Shown piece after piece: positions 8,616 through 17,057 of a stretch of 44,758 nt of DNA (position 1 is its first letter; every line of letters starts with the position of its first letter). The notes below the pieces were generated by a model. That model did no database searches. It was not told the DNA's origin and saw only the letters and a program-made list of their open reading frames with translations. The DNA lies in the NCBI GenBank assembly GCA_964455225.1, contig CAYVUT010000002.1, forward strand, positions 1-44,758, given 5' to 3'. The DNA is from an uncultured Candidatus Saccharibacteria bacterium. Its GTDB lineage: Bacteria > Patescibacteriota > Minisyncoccia > Phycocordibacterales > Phycocordibacteraceae. The position numbers and the translations under genes are program-made.

Positions 8616-8885
8616 ATGGCGAAAAAATCACAGCTGGCACGATACGCAAAACGAGTCAAACTCGTACGCAAGTATGCGCAAAAGCGCGCGGCTCTCAAAG
8701 CCGCCGGCGATTTTGATGCGCTCCAGAAGCTCCCGCGCAACTCCTCCCCGGTTCGCCTCAAGAACCGCTGTGCTGTTTCTGGGCGTTCGCGTGGCTACCT
8801 GCGCGCATTCGGCCTCTCACGCATCCAGTTCCGCGAGCTGGCGCGCGACGGCAAGATCCCGGGCGTTAAAAAAGCATCATGGTAA
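8616..8885 (+). CDS. rpsN: 30S ribosomal protein S14 (long form, no zinc-ribbon Cys pairs)
   Basis: 89 aa ending [40 protein letters not shown]. Confidence 0.95.
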   Translation: MAKKSQLARYAKRVKLVRKYAQKRAALKAAGDFDALQKLPRNSSPVRLKNRCAVSGRSRGYLRAFGLSRIQFRELARDGKIPGVKKASW

Positions 8886-9271
8886 ACGATCGCGTCGGAG
8901 ATTTCATCATTCGCCTGCAGAATGCCGCCCTCATCGGCGCAGCGTCGGTTTCGCTTCCGCACTCGACCCATCTCGAAGCGATCGCGCGCAAGCTCAAAGA
9001 GCTTGGCTACCTGACCGAGGTTTCGAAAGAGGGTGACGTCAAGAAGACTCTCGTGGTCACGCTCGCCTATGGCGATCGCGGTCTCGCACGCATCCGCGGC
9101 GTGAAGCGCATGAGTTCTCCGGGCCGCCGCCTGTATGTTCCGGCACGCGAAGCGCATGGCGTGAAGGGCGGCACTGGCGCACGCATCCTCTCGACGCCCA
9201 AAGGCATCCTTTCCGACCGTGAGGCACGCAAGGTTCATACGGGCGGCGAGACTCTGTTTGAAATCTGGTAA
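8879..9271 (+). CDS. rpsH: 30S ribosomal protein S8
   Basis: 130 aa. [13 protein letters not shown] is S8-like. Overlaps the rpsN stop by 7 nt (ATGGTAA). Confidence 0.94.
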   Translation: MVNDRVGDFIIRLQNAALIGAASVSLPHSTHLEAIARKLKELGYLTEVSKEGDVKKTLVVTLAYGDRGLARIRGVKRMSSPGRRLYVPAREAHGVKGGTGARILSTPKGILSDREARKVHTGGETLFEIW

Positions 9272-9276
9272 CTCGT

Positions 9277-9807
9277 ATGTCTCGACTCGCTAAAAAACCC
9301 ATTTCCGTAGGAAAAGCAGACGTCTCCGTCGCAGGCGATACGCTTACCGTCAAAGGCGCAAAGGGCACGCTCACGAAGCGCGTACATCCGGCAGTCGAGA
9401 TTACCGTCGGTGCCGAGGGCGTTTCTGTTGCGCCGAAGAATAATTCCTCGCTCGCTAAGGCGCTTACTGGCACCTACGCCTCGCATGTGAAGAACATGAT
9501 CAAGGGCGTGGAGACCCCGTACAAGAAAGTCCTCATATTGGAAGGCGTCGGCTACCGCATCGAGGTCAAGGGTAAGGAGATGGTCGCCACGGTCGGCAAG
9601 TCGCACCAGGTCAAGATCGCGATTCCGGCAGACATCACGGCAACCGCCGAGAAGAACGTCGTGACGATCGAGAGCCCGAACAAAGAGTCGGTAGGACAGT
9701 TTGCCGCAGATGTGCGTGCCGTGAAGCCTCCGGAGCCGTATCTCGGCAAAGGGTTCCGCTACGAAGGCGAGGTCATCCGCCGCAAGCAGGGCAAGAAAGC
9801 AGTGTAA
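9277..9807 (+). CDS. rplF: 50S ribosomal protein L6
   Basis: 176 aa with MSRLAKKPI.V and PEPYLGKGFRYEGE. Confidence 0.95.
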   Translation: MSRLAKKPISVGKADVSVAGDTLTVKGAKGTLTKRVHPAVEITVGAEGVSVAPKNNSSLAKALTGTYASHVKNMIKGVETPYKKVLILEGVGYRIEVKGKEMVATVGKSHQVKIAIPADITATAEKNVVTIESPNKESVGQFAADVRAVKPPEPYLGKGFRYEGEVIRRKQGKKAV

Positions 9808-9827
9808 CGTCACGCGTCACGAGATTT

Positions 9828-10178
9828 ATGAAACACATCCTCACCAGCAAGAACGACATCAGGAAGCGCCGTCATACGCGCATCCGTGCGCGCGTCATCG
9901 GCACAGCGACACGTCCGCGCCTCTCCGTATTCCGCTCGAACCGCTTCATGTCCGTACAGCTCATCGACGACACGGCAGGGAAGACGCTTGCGTCCGCGCA
10001 TGGCCGGGAGTTCACTGGTCCTGCAAGCGCACGCGCGAAAGTGATCGGCGAAGAGATTGCAAAGCGCGCAAAGGCCGCAGGTATCACTACGGTGGTGTTC
10101 GACCGTGGCGGCTACCAGTACGCAGCGCAGATACAGGCGCTTGCCGAGGCTGCGCGCGCAGGCGGGCTCATTTTCTAA
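9828..10178 (+). CDS. rplR: 50S ribosomal protein L18
   Basis: 116 aa with RPRLSVFRSNRFMSVQLIDD and VVFDRGGYQYAAQIQALAEAARAGGL. Confidence 0.95.
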   Translation: MKHILTSKNDIRKRRHTRIRARVIGTATRPRLSVFRSNRFMSVQLIDDTAGKTLASAHGREFTGPASARAKVIGEEIAKRAKAAGITTVVFDRGGYQYAAQIQALAEAARAGGLIF

Positions 10179-10185
10179 TGATTCT

Positions 10186-10791
10186 ATGACTACCGAACCC
10201 ACAAAGACAGGAACCGATAAGGCTATGCCGACGGGAGGCGCATCAACTGCGCTTCGTGGTCGTGGCGGCCGCCAGGGTGGCTCGCGCGGTCGTGATCGCG
10301 CACGTGCGCCGCGCGAGCGCAGCGAGTTCGATCAGGTAACGATCGATGCGCGTCGCGTCGCCCGCGTGATGGCCGGTGGTCGCCGTTTCAACTTCAGCAT
10401 CGCGGTCGTCATCGGTGACAAGAAGGGTAGGGTTGGCGTTGGTCTTGGCAAGGGTGCTGACACGGCGCTTGCGATCGATAAGGCGGTGCGTGATGCGAAG
10501 AAGCATCTCATCATTATCCCGCGCACCTCTGGAAACTCCATTCCGCATGACGTATCGGCAAAGTACGCATCCTCGACGCTTCAGATCCTCCCGTCTCCAG
10601 GCCGCGGCTTGGTCGCTGGAAGCGCAGTCCGCACGGTGCTTGATCTTGGCGGCGTGACCGATGTGGTGACGAAGATCCATACCCGCTCCAAGAACAAGCT
10701 CACGATCGCTCGTGCGACGGTTGCGGCGCTCGCAAAGCTGCGCGCACGCACCCCGAAGAAGGTGGCAGTCACTGCCGCACCGGTTGAGTAA
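10186..10791 (+). CDS. rpsE: 30S ribosomal protein S5 with a ~50-aa RG-rich N-terminal extension
   Basis: ATG 10186 lies inside ORF 10057..10791 in the same frame. The S5 core reads RVARVMAGGRRFNFSIAVVIGDKKGRVGVGLGKG. Confidence 0.94.
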   Translation: MTTEPTKTGTDKAMPTGGASTALRGRGGRQGGSRGRDRARAPRERSEFDQVTIDARRVARVMAGGRRFNFSIAVVIGDKKGRVGVGLGKGADTALAIDKAVRDAKKHLIIIPRTSGNSIPHDVSAKYASSTLQILPSPGRGLVAGSAVRTVLDLGGVTDVVTKIHTRSKNKLTIARATVAALAKLRARTPKKVAVTAAPVE

Positions 10792-10809
10792 TCTTTCAAT
10801 CATCTTTTT

Positions 10810-11262
10810 ATGCAACAGCACACGCTCACCTCTCGCCACCTCACCAAGAAGCGTCCGCCCGTCGGACGCGGCGGCAAGCGCGGCAAGACCTCGGGTCGCG
10901 GCGGCAAGGGCCAGACTGCACGCGCGGGCCACAAGATGCGCCCGGAAGCGCGCGATATCATCAAGAAGTTCCCGAAGCGCCGCGGCTACGGCAAGAATCG
11001 TGCACGCACCGTGCGCGCGGAGCGCGCCGTATTCGTGTCGGTGACGCTTGCGGCGCTCGACCGCGCTTTTGCTGCCGGTGAGACCGTTTCCCCGCAGACG
11101 CTTCTTACGAAGAAGATCGTCCGTGCGCACCGTGGACGCGCACCTCATGTGAAGATCCTCTCGGGAGGGGAGATTACCAAAGCGCTCGTCGTTACGCGCT
11201 GTGCCGTATCCGCTTCTGCGAAGACTGCCATCGAGAAAGCTGGTGGCACGATCGCACCTTAA
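10810..11262 (+). CDS. rplO: 50S ribosomal protein L15
   Basis: 150 aa with VGRGGKRGKTSGRGGKGQTARAGH. Follows rpsE directly after an 18-nt gap, with no rpmD. Confidence 0.95.
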   Translation: MQQHTLTSRHLTKKRPPVGRGGKRGKTSGRGGKGQTARAGHKMRPEARDIIKKFPKRRGYGKNRARTVRAERAVFVSVTLAALDRAFAAGETVSPQTLLTKKIVRAHRGRAPHVKILSGGEITKALVVTRCAVSASAKTAIEKAGGTIAP

Positions 11263-12537
11263 ATGATCTCCCAATTCTTCCACAAACTTACGCTCGCGTT
11301 CACGGATCCGGCGATCCGCGCGCGCCTTTTGTTCGTACTCGGGGCACTCGCGCTTTTCCGTGTGCTGGCGGCTATTCCTATCCCGGGCGTGAATCAAAAC
11401 GCGCTTGCTGCATTCTTTGCGAACAATCAGTTCTTCGGACTCCTCAATATCTTCTCCGGCGGAGGGCTCTCCGGGCTCTCGATCGTGATGCTTGGCGTCG
11501 GTCCCTACATCACCGCCTCCATCATCATGCAGCTTGCGACGATCATCTTCCCTCAGATCAAACAGGCCTACCACGAGGAAGGCGAGGCAGGTCGTGCGAA
11601 GTTCATCGGTTGGAGCCGTCTCCTGACCATTCCGCTCGCCGTGCTGCAGTCGATCGGCTTCCTCTTCCTGCTTGCGGGACAGGGCGTCATCGCGCCGCTC
11701 GGTACGCTCGCCTTGATCGCGAACGTCATGCTGGTCACGGCAGGCTCGCTCCTGCTCATGTGGATCGGCGAGCTCGTGACCGAATTTGGCATCGGTAACG
11801 GCGTATCGCTCATCATTTTCGCCGGCATCGTCGCATCACTTCCCTCAAGCATTTCTCAGACGCTCTTTGCCGGATCGGCGGCGAACATACCCGCGTACCT
11901 TGCGTTTACCGTGCTCGCGCTTGCCATGATTTACGTGGTGGTACTCGTCTCGGATGCAGAGCGCGCGATTCCGATCGCGTACGCACGCTCCGTACGCGGT
12001 GCCGCCCTTTCGACTGGTGCGGCAACCTATCTCCCGATCCGCCTCCTTCAGGCAGGCGTGATTCCGATCATCTTTGCGCTCTCGCTTCTTCTTTTGCCGC
12101 AGATGGCACTCACTATGCTCTCCGGACTCGGTGTCGGTTTTGCTACGTCCGCAAATCTTTGGTACACGGCATTCCTCGCCAACCCATGGCAGTACGGCGC
12201 TGCTTATTTCGCCCTGGTCGTTCTCTTCACTTACTTCTACACGAGCGTCACCTTCGAGCCCAAGCGCATTGCCGAGAATCTTCAGAAGGGCGGTGCCTTC
12301 ATTCCGGGTGTTCGCCCTGGCCAGGAGACCGAGACTTATATCGGGCAGGTCGTGACGCGCATCACGCTCCCAGGCGCGTTCTTCCTCGGATTCCTTGCGG
12401 TTGCGCCGTCTGTGGTTCAGGGGCTCACTGGTGTGACGACGCTTATCTTGGGTGGTACGGCGCTCCTCATTGCCGTCCAGGTGATTTTGGACCTGGTTCG
12501 AAAAACGGACGCACAAATTTCTTTGCGAGAGTATTAG
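11263..12537 (+). CDS. secY: Preprotein translocase subunit SecY
   Basis: 424 aa, polytopic. IPIPGVN...GGGLSGLSIVMLGVGPYITASIIMQL. The ATG abuts the rplO stop. Confidence 0.96.
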   Translation: MISQFFHKLTLAFTDPAIRARLLFVLGALALFRVLAAIPIPGVNQNALAAFFANNQFFGLLNIFSGGGLSGLSIVMLGVGPYITASIIMQLATIIFPQIKQAYHEEGEAGRAKFIGWSRLLTIPLAVLQSIGFLFLLAGQGVIAPLGTLALIANVMLVTAGSLLLMWIGELVTEFGIGNGVSLIIFAGIVASLPSSISQTLFAGSAANIPAYLAFTVLALAMIYVVVLVSDAERAIPIAYARSVRGAALSTGAATYLPIRLLQAGVIPIIFALSLLLLPQMALTMLSGLGVGFATSANLWYTAFLANPWQYGAAYFALVVLFTYFYTSVTFEPKRIAENLQKGGAFIPGVRPGQETETYIGQVVTRITLPGAFFLGFLAVAPSVVQGLTGVTTLILGGTALLIAVQVILDLVRKTDAQISLREY

Positions 12538-12553
12538 ATCCAATACGACAAAG

Positions 12554-12584
12554 AAAACGCGCCAAGCGGAGCTTGGCGCGTTTT
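12554..12584 (+). terminator. Hairpin terminator between secY and adk
   Basis: 14-bp stem AAAACGCGCCAAGC-GGA-GCTTGGCGCGTTTT. Confidence 0.6.
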
Positions 12585-12617
12585 GCGTTCGGTTCATTTT
12601 TCCCGTACACTCGGAAC

Positions 12618-13187
12618 ATGAACGAGACACGGGCGATATTCTTCGTCGGCAAGCCAGGATGCGGGAAGGGGACGCAGGCAAAACTCCTTGCCGCCCACAC
12701 CAGCTGGCCGATTTTTGCGTCCGGGCACCTCTTTCGCGAGATTGCGAAAGAAGACACGCCGGTCGGGCGCAAAGTGAAAGCAGAGAACGATGCGGGTATC
12801 CTTCAGCCCCACTGGTTTGCGATGTATCTCTACCTGCGGTCGCTCTTTTCCGCTTCGGACCAGCAGGGCGTCATTTTTGACGGTTTCAACCGCAAGGTTC
12901 CCGAGGCAGAGCTCGTGGTGGACTCCCTGAATTGGCTCGCGCGCCCATTTTCGGTCGTGTACATCAAGGTGTCGGACGAGGAGGTGCATCGCCGTCTCGA
13001 TGTGCGCAAAGAGACTTCGGGACGCGCGGATGATCATGTGGTCGAGGAGCGTATCAGGGAGTACTACACCCACACCGAGCCAGCGATAGAGGTGTTCCGC
13101 AAGGCGGGCGTCCTGGTTGAAATCAATGGCGAGCAATCGTCTGAAGCTATCGCGCGCGATATCCGCGCCGCGCTCAATCTCCAATGA
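12618..13187 (+). CDS. adk: Adenylate kinase (short LID, no zinc-binding Cys)
   Basis: ATG 12618 lies inside ORF 12159..13187 in the same frame. P-loop FFVGKPGCGKGTQAKLLA and DGFNRKVPEAE. Confidence 0.9.
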   Translation: MNETRAIFFVGKPGCGKGTQAKLLAAHTSWPIFASGHLFREIAKEDTPVGRKVKAENDAGILQPHWFAMYLYLRSLFSASDQQGVIFDGFNRKVPEAELVVDSLNWLARPFSVVYIKVSDEEVHRRLDVRKETSGRADDHVVEERIREYYTHTEPAIEVFRKAGVLVEINGEQSSEAIARDIRAALNLQ

Positions 13188-13951
13188 CCGTTACCAATAA
13201 AAAAGAGCGGGATATACTCATCGAAGCTGGCAAACGACTCGCTGCAGTACTTAGTGCGTGTGCCGAGAAAGCTGTGCCGGGAGTCTCCGCGGAGGAGCTC
13301 GACGATCTTGCTGAGCGTTTGATACGCGAGGGAGGTGATGAGCCCGCATTTCTCGGCTATACCCCTGAGGGCGCAGGTCGCGCATACCCAGCGACCCTGT
13401 GCGTTTCCATAAACGACGAAATCGTGCATGGTATCCCGAACGAATCGAAAAAGGTTCTTAGGCAGGGAGACATCGTGGGACTTGACCTTGGACTCGTACA
13501 CGAGGGCATCATCGTGGATGCCGCGGTAACGGTGCCGGTCGGCAAGGTTGATCAGACGTCGATCGCACTCATGCGCGCAACCGAAGACGCGCTTGCCGCG
13601 GGCATCGAAGCGGCGCGGGTGGGGAACCATATCGGCGACATTTCTCATGCGATCGAGAAGACCCTCAAGAATGCCGGTTTTGCGGTCGTGAAGCCGCTTG
13701 GCGGGCATGGGGTGGGGGACGCAGTGCACGAAGAGCCGTTCGTGCCAAATTATGGCAAGCCAGGCGAAGGTCCGGAGCTTACGGAGGGCATGGTGCTTGC
13801 GCTCGAGCCTATTTCAAGTGCTGGCAAGGGGGCAGTAACTCTCGCGCCTGACGGCTACACCTACCGTACCAAGGATGGTTCGCGCAGTGCGCACTTCGAG
13901 CACACCATTTTGATAGAAAAGAACGGTCCGCTCACCGTGACTGCCCGCTAA
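13184..13951 (+). CDS. map: Type I methionine aminopeptidase
   Basis: 255 aa. VHGIPN...GDIVGLDLG...HGVGDAVHEEP...LALEP...FEHT metal-ligand pattern. Overlaps adk by 4 nt (ATGA). Confidence 0.95.
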   Translation: MTVTNKKERDILIEAGKRLAAVLSACAEKAVPGVSAEELDDLAERLIREGGDEPAFLGYTPEGAGRAYPATLCVSINDEIVHGIPNESKKVLRQGDIVGLDLGLVHEGIIVDAAVTVPVGKVDQTSIALMRATEDALAAGIEAARVGNHIGDISHAIEKTLKNAGFAVVKPLGGHGVGDAVHEEPFVPNYGKPGEGPELTEGMVLALEPISSAGKGAVTLAPDGYTYRTKDGSRSAHFEHTILIEKNGPLTVTAR

Positions 13952-14080
13952 GCGCTTGCGCGTGCGTATCCGTGGGCTATTATGTAGGGACATGCGTCGC
14001 GCAACCTATCAGTTTTTTGGATTCTGGAACTTCAGAAATCTGAAAGCTGATTTTTGCGCTTAAGACTCTCCTTGAACTCA

Positions 14081-14119
14081 AACACCAGCTTTCAGAAGAA
14101 AGCTGGTGTTTGTTCTTTC
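14081..14119 (+). terminator. Strong hairpin with T-rich tail downstream of map
   Basis: 13-bp perfect stem AACACCAGCTTTC-AGAA-GAAAGCTGGTGTT (14081-14110), then TGTTCTTTC. Confidence 0.6.
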
Positions 14120-14131
14120 GGGAGGTGTGTT

Positions 14132-14359
14132 ATGCAGACGGTATTGAGGGCGCCAGGCTGGAATGACGACGAACCGGTGACTATGCTTATGCGTGAGAGA
14201 GGCATATACGAGCTCTCGTATGAAGAAGCAGAGCGGTGGCGGCTGGAAATCGAGGCGAACTTGAAGATTGAGGAAGCGCAATGCAATTGTCCACGCATCG
14301 ATTTCCTGAAGCGACTCCACGCACTTTTCGCGCCAGCCCCGCCCAGAAGAGTGGACTGA
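14132..14359 (+). CDS. Hypothetical small protein, 75 aa
   Basis: ATG 14132 is preceded by GGGAGG, in the same frame as ORF 14054..14359. Bracketed by the terminators at 14081-14119 and 14371-14399. No family recognised. Confidence 0.45.
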   Translation: MQTVLRAPGWNDDEPVTMLMRERGIYELSYEEAERWRLEIEANLKIEEAQCNCPRIDFLKRLHALFAPAPPRRVD

Positions 14360-14370
14360 TGTCCTTTTGA

Positions 14371-14399
14371 AAGACCCGCGCATCGCGGGTCTTTTGTTT
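14371..14399 (+). terminator. Hairpin terminator
   Basis: AGACCCGCG-CAT-CGCGGGTCT followed by TTTGTTTG. Confidence 0.6.
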
Positions 14400-14483
14400 G
14401 GTGGCGCGCCAGCGCTTGGTAGGGTATTCTTCTTCCATAGTCACTATAGTCGTCCGCCAGCTGGCGGATTTATTGCAAATACC

Positions 14484-14960
14484 ATGGCACACCCAAAAGA
14501 AGAGAAGACGCTTATTATCCTCAAGCCTGATGCGATGCATCGCGGTCTCGTGGGGCAGGTGGTGACGCGTTTTGAGCAGAAGGGGCTCAAGATCGTCGGC
14601 ATGAAGATGCTTGAGCTTCAGGACGCACTCGTCGAGGCGCACTACGCGCACATCAAGGACAAACCCTTCTTCGGCGGTATCAAGAAGTTCATGAAATCAG
14701 CGCCGGTAGTGGTGATCGCGCTCTCGGGCATCAATGCCGTTTCTGCAACCAGAGTCATTGTCGGACCCACTAAGGGTTATGAGGCGGCCGCAGGTACGAT
14801 TCGCGGCGACTTCTCGCTTTCGATGCAGTCGAACCTGGTGCACGCGTCAGATAGTGTTGAGGCAGGTACTGCTGAGGTAGAACGCTTCTTTACGCCAGAA
14901 GAGATATTCGACTACAAACGAAACGATTTCGAGTATATACACGCCGACGAGGCGTTCTAA
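14484..14960 (+). CDS. ndk: Nucleoside-diphosphate kinase
   Basis: ATG 14484 lies inside ORF 14367..14960 in the same frame. EKTLIILKPDAMHRGLVGQVVTRFEQKGLKIVGMK...NLVHASDS (active-site His). Confidence 0.93.
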   Translation: MAHPKEEKTLIILKPDAMHRGLVGQVVTRFEQKGLKIVGMKMLELQDALVEAHYAHIKDKPFFGGIKKFMKSAPVVVIALSGINAVSATRVIVGPTKGYEAAAGTIRGDFSLSMQSNLVHASDSVEAGTAEVERFFTPEEIFDYKRNDFEYIHADEAF

Positions 14961-14962
14961 CG

Positions 14963-14988
14963 AAAACCGGCGCTTCTGCGCCGGTTTT
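14963..14988 (+). terminator. Hairpin terminator after ndk
   Basis: AAAACCGGCGC-TTCT-GCGCCGGTTTT. Confidence 0.7.
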
Positions 14989-15032
14989 CGTTCTCCACAG
15001 GTCGTTCATGAAGCGGGGGTATAATGGAGTTT

Positions 15033-15245
15033 GGAGTCGTTCTTAAAAACGCAACTTGCCTCACCTACGGGAGTCTCATATCTACGTGTTTCCGGTATTG
15101 AGCCGAGCACAAAGTGCACGAGTTCACTCGCGCATTTCGTGCTCGGTTCCGACGAACACGGTGCGGACACCCACCTGGCATAAGAAAGTTGCTTCACCTA
15201 GGACGACTCTGCGAAAATCCTCACCATATCCTGGTGAGGATTTTT
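15033..15245 (+). ncRNA. Candidate small RNA (~210 nt), a long rod-like fold with a central bubble; possibly 6S-like
   Basis: TATAAT at 15020-15025 lies just upstream. Hand-paired helices: 15033-43/15200-10 (11 bp), 15051-57/15187-93 (7 bp), 15086-91/15153-58, 15102-10/15138-46 (9 bp). Unpaired C-rich bubble at 15061-83/15162-76. Intrinsic terminator ATCCTCACCA-TATCC-TGGTGAGGAT plus T5 at 15217-15245. The ORFs across it have no SD and overlap on both strands. Confidence 0.4.
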
Positions 15246-15273
15246 GCATGCGCGGTCATGGTAAAGTTGGCAG

Positions 15274-15645
15274 ATGTTTCGCTGGTCTTGGTTGTGCGCA
15301 GCGCTGGTCGGACTCGTCGGTCTTCTCACGGTCAACGCGTGGGCATTCGTGAATTATGTGTACTGGACGCATCGTTGGACGGACATTCCGATGCATCTCG
15401 CCGGCGGGCTCATCGTCGGGATCTTCCTTGTCGGATTCCTCAGGGACTACCGCCCAACCGCCTTTTTCATGCTCGTACTCGTCTTTGCCGTCGGTTGGGA
15501 GGTGTTTGAGTTTCTCTTTAATATTGCAGTCGAGGGGAGTGGTCGGACCTATGTGCTCGATACGGCATCTGACCTCGCGAATGGTGCAGTCGGTGCGACG
15601 CTCGCGTACTTTCTCGCACGCAAAACCGTATGGCACTTACGCTGA
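15274..15645 (+). CDS. Hypothetical integral membrane protein (~4 TM), 123 aa
   Basis: ATG 15274 with hydrophobic segments throughout. Overlaps the next gene by 16 nt. No family recognised. Confidence 0.6.
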   Translation: MFRWSWLCAALVGLVGLLTVNAWAFVNYVYWTHRWTDIPMHLAGGLIVGIFLVGFLRDYRPTAFFMLVLVFAVGWEVFEFLFNIAVEGSGRTYVLDTASDLANGAVGATLAYFLARKTVWHLR

Positions 15646-17015
15646 CTTTTTATGGCGGCGCCGGGAAAGTGACCGGCTCGAATTTTCTCATCGAATCCGG
15701 CGCAAGCAAGGTGCTTGTCGATTGCGGCATTGAGCAGGGAAGGGATTTTTGTGAAGAGTGCGTCTATGGACCATTTCCTTATGACGTGCGCTCGATCGAT
15801 GCGCTCATCGTCACGCATGCGCACCTTGATCATGTGGGGCGAGTGCCAAAACTCGTCAAAGACGGATTCCGAGGGAAGATCTTCATGACGCCGCCGACAC
15901 GGGATCTCGCAGAGCTTATTCTGCGAGATTCGGTCGGCATCCTGGGGATCGAGGCAAAGCGCCGAGGGCTTGCCCCCTTGTACGAGATGGAGGATGTCGA
16001 CCTCGCGCTCTCGCTCATCGAGACGCTCGAATACCACGTGGAAAGACGCGTCAGCGCCGAGCTCTCCATCTATTTCCGCAATACTGGTCACATTCTCGGT
16101 GCGGCAAGCGTGCGCATCACTGGTCCGGATGGCGAGACCGTCGTGTGTACGGGCGATATCGGCAACTCGCCCTCGCCACTCCTGCCAGACTTCGAGACGG
16201 TGCCCGACGCCGACGCGCTCGTCATGGAGAGCGTATACGGCGATCGGGTCCACCCGCAAAAGGAAGAGCGGGTGACGCAGTTGCGTGCGATCCTCAAGAG
16301 CGCGGTGGCTCGAGGGGGTGCCATCCTCATGCCCGCGTTTTCTATGGAGCGCACGCAGCTCATGCTCTATGAGCTTTCTAATCTGTTTGCGGCCGGTGAG
16401 CTTCCGAAGATACCGGTCTTTCTCGACTCACCGCTTGCGATCGGTGTCACGGCGCTTTATGAGAAGTGGGGAAAAGAATATTTCAAGGCAGAAGCGGAAG
16501 ACGAGCTGCGACGCGAGGGCAGTCTTTTTGAATTTCCGTTCCTTGAGAAGACGCGCGCTTCAGAAGACTCAAACCGTATTGCCGGAGTCCGGAATCCGAA
16601 GATCATCATCGCGGGTGCAGGTATGAGCCATGGCGGCCGCATAGGCCGATGGGAGCGCGAGTACCTGCCTGATAAAAATTCAACGCTCATCATGGTCGGG
16701 TACCAGGCTCCCGGTTCTCCCGGGCGACTGCTCTCCGATGGTGTCTCCCGCATCCGTATCGGTGGAGAAGAGGTGAGCGTGCGTGCGCGGGTTGAGCACC
16801 TTGAGGGCTGGTCTGCACATGCTGATCGGGACGGACTGCTCGCATTTGCGGAAGCGGCATTGCCGCGCGCGAAGGTCATCTTCACGGCGCTTGGCGAACC
16901 GGGCGCGGCCAAGTTCTTGGCGCAGCGCATTCATGACTATCTCGGCGGCAACGCCGTCGTTCCGCAGGTGGGGGAGCGGTGGGAGGTCACGAAAGATTCC
17001 GTGACGAAAAAATAA
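15630..17015 (+). CDS. Beta-CASP family metallo-beta-lactamase RNase (CPSF73-like)
   Basis: 461 aa. LTFYGGAGKVTGSNFLIE...VTHAHLDHVGRVP (HxHxDH)...GDIGNSPSPLL...AGMSHGGRI...LEGWSAHADRDGL. Confidence 0.85.
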   Translation: MALTLTFYGGAGKVTGSNFLIESGASKVLVDCGIEQGRDFCEECVYGPFPYDVRSIDALIVTHAHLDHVGRVPKLVKDGFRGKIFMTPPTRDLAELILRDSVGILGIEAKRRGLAPLYEMEDVDLALSLIETLEYHVERRVSAELSIYFRNTGHILGAASVRITGPDGETVVCTGDIGNSPSPLLPDFETVPDADALVMESVYGDRVHPQKEERVTQLRAILKSAVARGGAILMPAFSMERTQLMLYELSNLFAAGELPKIPVFLDSPLAIGVTALYEKWGKEYFKAEAEDELRREGSLFEFPFLEKTRASEDSNRIAGVRNPKIIIAGAGMSHGGRIGRWEREYLPDKNSTLIMVGYQAPGSPGRLLSDGVSRIRIGGEEVSVRARVEHLEGWSAHADRDGLLAFAEAALPRAKVIFTALGEPGAAKFLAQRIHDYLGGNAVVPQVGERWEVTKDSVTKK

Positions 17016-17030
17016 GCACTTAGGATAAGC

Positions 17031-17056
17031 AAAAGCCCCGCTTTCGCGGGGCTTTT
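17031..17056. terminator. Bidirectional hairpin terminator between the beta-CASP gene (+) and rplT (-)
   Basis: AAAAGCCCCGC-TTTC-GCGGGGCTTTT, the exact reverse complement of the 4384-4409 element. Confidence 0.7.
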
Positions 17057-17057
17057 G

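Noticed and set aside
10243-11574. 443-aa ORF on the minus strand
   Set aside because: It is antisense to rpsE, rplO and secY. It has the same shadow-ORF character and no recognisable motifs.
15006-15509. Several 60-130-aa ORFs on both strands across the candidate sRNA and the start of the membrane protein gene
   Set aside because: They overlap one another, lack SD sites, are Arg/Cys/Ser-rich, and are interrupted by a clear promoter-terminator unit. Only the 15274..15645 frame has coherent hydrophobic helices.
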